This document shows, one piece after another, positions 29,279-32,738 of a stretch of DNA of 32,738 nt. The notes under the pieces were generated by a model, which saw nothing but the letters and a program-made list of their open reading frames with translations, ran no database searches and had not been told where the DNA came from. Every line of letters starts with the position of its first letter. Within the stretch, counting starts at the first letter, position 1. Location of the stretch: positions 1-32,738 of the forward strand of contig CAMAPH010000033.1 of assembly GCA_945859975.1 (NCBI GenBank), in the 5' to 3' direction. The position numbers were made by a program, and so were the translations under genes. This stretch comes from Chthonomonas calidirosea. Lineage in GTDB: Bacteria; Armatimonadota; Fimbriimonadia; Fimbriimonadales; Fimbriimonadaceae.

Positions 29279-30658
29279 GTGAGCGTTAACGTCGTCTGGT
29301 TCAGGAACGATCTGCGAGTGCAAGACCACCCCGCGCTCTCCGCCGCGATGTCAGCACCGGGCGTTACGGTCGGCCTCTACGTGATGAACGAGCACTGGAA
29401 TGCGCTCACTTCCGAAGGCCACCCCAAGATTGGGGATATCCGAAAGCGGTTCATCCTTGAGTCCCTCGAAGATCTCCGGGCTCAGCTCAAAAAGCTCAGA
29501 ATCCCCTTGGTCATCCGTCACGGGTCAGTCACCGAAGCCATGACTGAGCTTGCAAATGTGGTGGAAATCCGGTCTATCCACTATTCAGCCGAACCTGCCC
29601 CAGAAGAGCAAACCGAGGCTGCGGCGTTGGAGGCTCTCCACCGTGGAAAGTGCTATCGACACGAGAACTACACGCTCATTCATCCCAAGGATCTCCCGTT
29701 CACGATCGAAGAGCTACCGAACCTGTTCACGACATTCCGCAAAGCAGTCGAATCAGATTGGCGAATCCGGCCGATTGCCCCGCTCCCTAGGCCCCAACCC
29801 TTCCCTGAGATTGATATCGACCCTGGTGAAGTTCCCGCGAGCCTTGACCTCGCGAAGTCGCCCTTCCTGGGCGGTGAATCCGCCGCCCTCGCAAGAGTGA
29901 AGCACTACCTCTGGGACACCAACCGCCTGCGCACCTATAAAGAAACCCGCAACGGGATGCTGCCACTAGACGACAGCTCAAAGTTCTCGCCCTACCTAGC
30001 TCATGGCTGCATCTCCGCTCGAAGCATTTACTGGGAAATCAAGCGATACGAGGCGGAACGAGGTGCAAACGACTCCACCTACTGGCTCATCTTCGAACTC
30101 CTCTGGCGCGATTTCTTCCGCTTCACCTTAGAGAAATTCGGGGCCAAGCTTTTCCGCCGCTCCGGCCTTCAGGGATTGGACCTTCCTTGGTCCCGCAACA
30201 AGGAGCACTTGGAAGCTTGGCGAACCGGAAGAACGGGCTTTCCTTTGGTCGATGCCGCGATGCGTGAACTCTTAGCCACCGGATACACAAGCAACCGTAG
30301 CCGCCAGATCGTCGCAAGCTTCTTCACCAAGAACCTCGGCCTCGACTGGCGATTGGGAGCCGAGTGGTTTGAAAGTCAGCTTGTGGACTACGAGGTCGGC
30401 TCGAACTACGGAAACTGGCAATATGCCGCCGGCGTTGGCAACGACGCCCGTGAGTTTCGCCTGTTCAATCTGAAGCGCCAGGCTCAACAATACGATCCCG
30501 ATGGCAAGTTCGTTAAGTACTGGCTCCCAAACCGGCACTCAGAGAACTTGCCCGAGATCGTGAACTTCGATCAGTCTGCCCGGGAAAATCGGCTCAAGTA
30601 CGAACGAGCGGCTTCGGCAATGGACGGGAAATCCAAGCCATTCGGTCGCCGTCGATAA
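29279..30658 (+). CDS. Cryptochrome DASH / photolyase family protein
   Basis: WFRNDLR..D, YKETRNGM, SSKFSPYLAHGCIS, NDSTYWLIFELLWRDFF, SNRSRQ, SNYGNWQY.AGVGND. Start uncertain. Confidence 0.9.
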   Translation: MSVNVVWFRNDLRVQDHPALSAAMSAPGVTVGLYVMNEHWNALTSEGHPKIGDIRKRFILESLEDLRAQLKKLRIPLVIRHGSVTEAMTELANVVEIRSIHYSAEPAPEEQTEAAALEALHRGKCYRHENYTLIHPKDLPFTIEELPNLFTTFRKAVESDWRIRPIAPLPRPQPFPEIDIDPGEVPASLDLAKSPFLGGESAALARVKHYLWDTNRLRTYKETRNGMLPLDDSSKFSPYLAHGCISARSIYWEIKRYEAERGANDSTYWLIFELLWRDFFRFTLEKFGAKLFRRSGLQGLDLPWSRNKEHLEAWRTGRTGFPLVDAAMRELLATGYTSNRSRQIVASFFTKNLGLDWRLGAEWFESQLVDYEVGSNYGNWQYAAGVGNDAREFRLFNLKRQAQQYDPDGKFVKYWLPNRHSENLPEIVNFDQSARENRLKYERAASAMDGKSKPFGRRR

Positions 30659-31196
30659 ACCGCCACGGGAGTTCGTCACCCTTCCCGACCGCAAGTCCAA
30701 TCCGGGTCCCAACAACCATGTTGGTCACAGGATTAGGGGCAATTTCTATACTCAGTTCTTTTGAATCAAGGAGATCTGAGTTATCAAACTGGCGGTCGAT
30801 CCCGAAGGCTTGACACAGCTTCCCCGGGCCAGAAAGTAACTGCCGCGGATCTGTCTGCCTGCGTCGACCTTGCATCTCCTCTAAGCCGGTCAGAGGCTCG
30901 GCGGCACGGATCAGAATCGCGCCGGCCTCGTCCACGGGCAGGGCAACCAGATTCAACATCCAGTGGTTGCCATAGGTGAAGTAGACATAAGCATGCCCCG
31001 GCCTGCTGTACATGGTTTCGCACTTCGGGCTTCGGCGTTTGTAGGCATGGCAGCCCTCATCATCGATGCCGCGGTAAGCCTCCACTTCGACAATCCGGGC
31101 GGATAGTTCGCCCAGCCGCATCGTCGCACCAAGCAGTCGGTGGGAGGCAAGTAAGACATCCCGTTTGGCAAGGCTCCTAAATTCTTCCTGGGTCAT
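30594..31196 (-). CDS. mpg: DNA-3-methyladenine glycosylase (AAG/MPG type)
   Basis: RIVEVEAY, AYVYFTYG.H..LN, ILIRAAEP, SGPGKLCQA, RIG..PWRF. Confidence 0.93.
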   Translation of the reverse strand: MTQEEFRSLAKRDVLLASHRLLGATMRLGELSARIVEVEAYRGIDDEGCHAYKRRSPKCETMYSRPGHAYVYFTYGNHWMLNLVALPVDEAGAILIRAAEPLTGLEEMQGRRRQTDPRQLLSGPGKLCQAFGIDRQFDNSDLLDSKELSIEIAPNPVTNMVVGTRIGLAVGKGDELPWRFIDGDRMAWISRPLPKPLVRT

Positions 31197-31205
31197 AAAT
31201 TTTCC

Positions 31206-31234
31206 TTGCAATGTGGACGTATGTCTACTATAAT
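31206..31234 (+). promoter_or_regulatory. Sigma70-type promoter for the imuB-like gene with a palindromic spacer
   Basis: TTGCAA-N17-TATAAT; the spacer contains GTGGAC-GTAT-GTCTAC. Confidence 0.75.
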
Positions 31235-31244
31235 CATGTCAGTC

Positions 31245-32414
31245 ATGCGATATTTGCTTTGCGTCCGGATCAGTCGGTTTTACACCCGAACCCTGGAAAC
31301 CCGAGAGCCTCATCTAGCAAAGCGCCCCTTGGTGGTGCATCGGGATAAGCAGGTGCTTGATGCAAATCTGAAGGCAAGATCGCTCGGAATCAAGGTCGGA
31401 ATGGGCCTCGCAGAGGCGAAACTGCTTGCGGAGGGGGGGAACTTCTATGCCTACCGAGAGGAGGAATACCGAGATGCCCAAGAGCGCTGGCTCAATATCT
31501 GTGCGGAATACACCGATTTCGTTGAGCCGCTCGATATGCATCGTGCGTTGCTCGATCTGAGTCGGCATCCGAATCCCCGGAACCTGGCCGATTCCCTTGT
31601 GCTGCGCCTGGATGGCGGACGCGGTGGAGCAGGGGTAACCAGGTGGACTGCCGAAGCATCCGCCAATGAGGCAAGCACGGCCCAGCTTATTTTTGACGTC
31701 ACGGCCTCAAGTCTCGAGTTTGTAAAGCGGTATCCCGTGATGCAACTTGAGTCTCTGCCCTTAGAAGTCCGGGACAAACTCGTCTTCCTCGGCTACGAGA
31801 CCATGGGACAAGTGGCCAGCCTGTCCGCGGCCGTCCTTCGCAAGCAGTTTGGCGAACTTGGAGATAGCATCAGAATCCTTGCCAAAGGCGGCGGAGATGC
31901 TCATGTGGAGGACGCCTATCCACCGGAATCCGTCGCCGACCGCCTGATGTTCGAAGGCGCGGTCGAGGACCTGACGATGCTGGATGAGGCGATGCAAACG
32001 CTTGCCGACCGGCTTTCCCAAACCCTCATTGAAGAGGACCGGCAGGGCAAGACGCTAGAACTTCTATTTGATCAGGAAGATGGGCCACCGATTGCTCGAA
32101 AGCGCACCTTTGCGCGCTCAATGCAGGCGGAAACCTCCCTGTACGCCGCTCTCATCCTCATGATGCGAGACATTCCGGCGAAGTCCGTAGTCGGCATCCG
32201 CGTCCGAATGCCCCGGACTATTCGAACAAAGAGGGTTCAGTCGGCATTCGGGGCGTACCTCGATCAACGCATGCGCACCAGTGCTGCGGACGTGGCGATT
32301 GATCGAGTCAAGTCGGTCTTTGGCGATGAGTCGATCAAGACCGGGGCAGAGATGCCGACCCCTCGCCGAAAGCAATTGCTCCGAGCGTATCAAGATGCTA
32401 CCGGCTGGGTCTAA
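31245..32414 (+). CDS. imuB: Y-family polymerase-like protein lacking catalytic residues (ImuB-like)
   Basis: VLDAN..AR..GIK.GM.L.EAK, VEP.....ALLD, L..LG..T.G, little-finger region. The catalytic DxDxF and SxDE positions read VRISRFY and LDMHR. Confidence 0.75.
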   Translation: MRYLLCVRISRFYTRTLETREPHLAKRPLVVHRDKQVLDANLKARSLGIKVGMGLAEAKLLAEGGNFYAYREEEYRDAQERWLNICAEYTDFVEPLDMHRALLDLSRHPNPRNLADSLVLRLDGGRGGAGVTRWTAEASANEASTAQLIFDVTASSLEFVKRYPVMQLESLPLEVRDKLVFLGYETMGQVASLSAAVLRKQFGELGDSIRILAKGGGDAHVEDAYPPESVADRLMFEGAVEDLTMLDEAMQTLADRLSQTLIEEDRQGKTLELLFDQEDGPPIARKRTFARSMQAETSLYAALILMMRDIPAKSVVGIRVRMPRTIRTKRVQSAFGAYLDQRMRTSAADVAIDRVKSVFGDESIKTGAEMPTPRRKQLLRAYQDATGWV

Positions 32415-32738
32415 GGTTCTCTCCCAGTGGCGAGAAGCGGGCGAATGGTGGGAGTTCAAACCCCAGCGCGAGGTCACCCGCTTCGTCGACCCTAAAGGTC
32501 GCTGGCGTGAGCACATTGAAGAGCTATCTGCCTTTGCCATCAAAGATGCGCCCGGTCAAAAGCCCCTTAACGACAACCATGTTGAGGACTGGGTTCTGCG
32601 AGAGCGAAAAGTCCGCGACGAAAAATGCGCTGCCGCCTGTGGCGACCTCCCGGAAACCTATTACGAACGCGTCCGAGAGGAGCGGCTGGGGGCGAGAACA
32701 CGAAGCCGAGCCGTTCCGACTCGCCCCGATCTTCGGCC
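32395..32738 (+). CDS. Partial ORF running off the right edge; DUF6504/ImuB C-terminal-like N-terminus, possibly the start of an error-prone DnaE2
   Basis: Manual translation MLPAGSKVLSQWREAGEWWEFKPQREVTRFVD..., open to the window end; overlaps the imuB end by 20 nt. Confidence 0.6.
   Translation, partial: MLPAGSKVLSQWREAGEWWEFKPQREVTRFVDPKGRWREHIEELSAFAIKDAPGQKPLNDNHVEDWVLRERKVRDEKCAAACGDLPETYYERVREERLGARTRSRAVPTRPDLR

Noticed and set aside
32447..32468. tRNA T-arm-like GGGAGTTCAAACCCC
   Set aside because: No D arm, anticodon arm or acceptor stem; it lies in the coding frame WWEFKPQ.

Overview
Bacterial chromosomal window of moderately high GC. Gene style suggests Armatimonadota (Fimbriimonas-like); this is an inference, not verified. 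The left part (1-11.3 kb, downstream of a minus-strand tmRNA) looks accessory: partial GH42 beta-galactosidase, DUF2087 protein, aldo/keto reductase, secreted SGNH hydrolase, a PhnZ-like HD protein coupled to a eukaryote-type N-terminal glutamine amidase (NTAQ1/WDYHV), tandem membrane-protein paralogs, a peroxiredoxin-like lipoprotein and a frameshifted GH9 glycoside hydrolase. The middle is mostly core: ssrA, hybrid sensor kinase, mlaE, der, TrmB regulator, NanE-ROK fusion, rhomboid-like protein, pyrD, gyrB. The right part has hypotheticals, a repeat-rich intergenic element, hsp20 with a HAIR-like operator, an antiporter-rhodanese fusion, and a DNA-damage cluster. That cluster comprises cryptochrome DASH, mpg, an inactive ImuB-like protein and a truncated ORF carrying an ImuB C-terminal-like EWW motif; the imuB promoter is near-consensus and contains a candidate SOS-type operator. 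Many genes appear leaderless.
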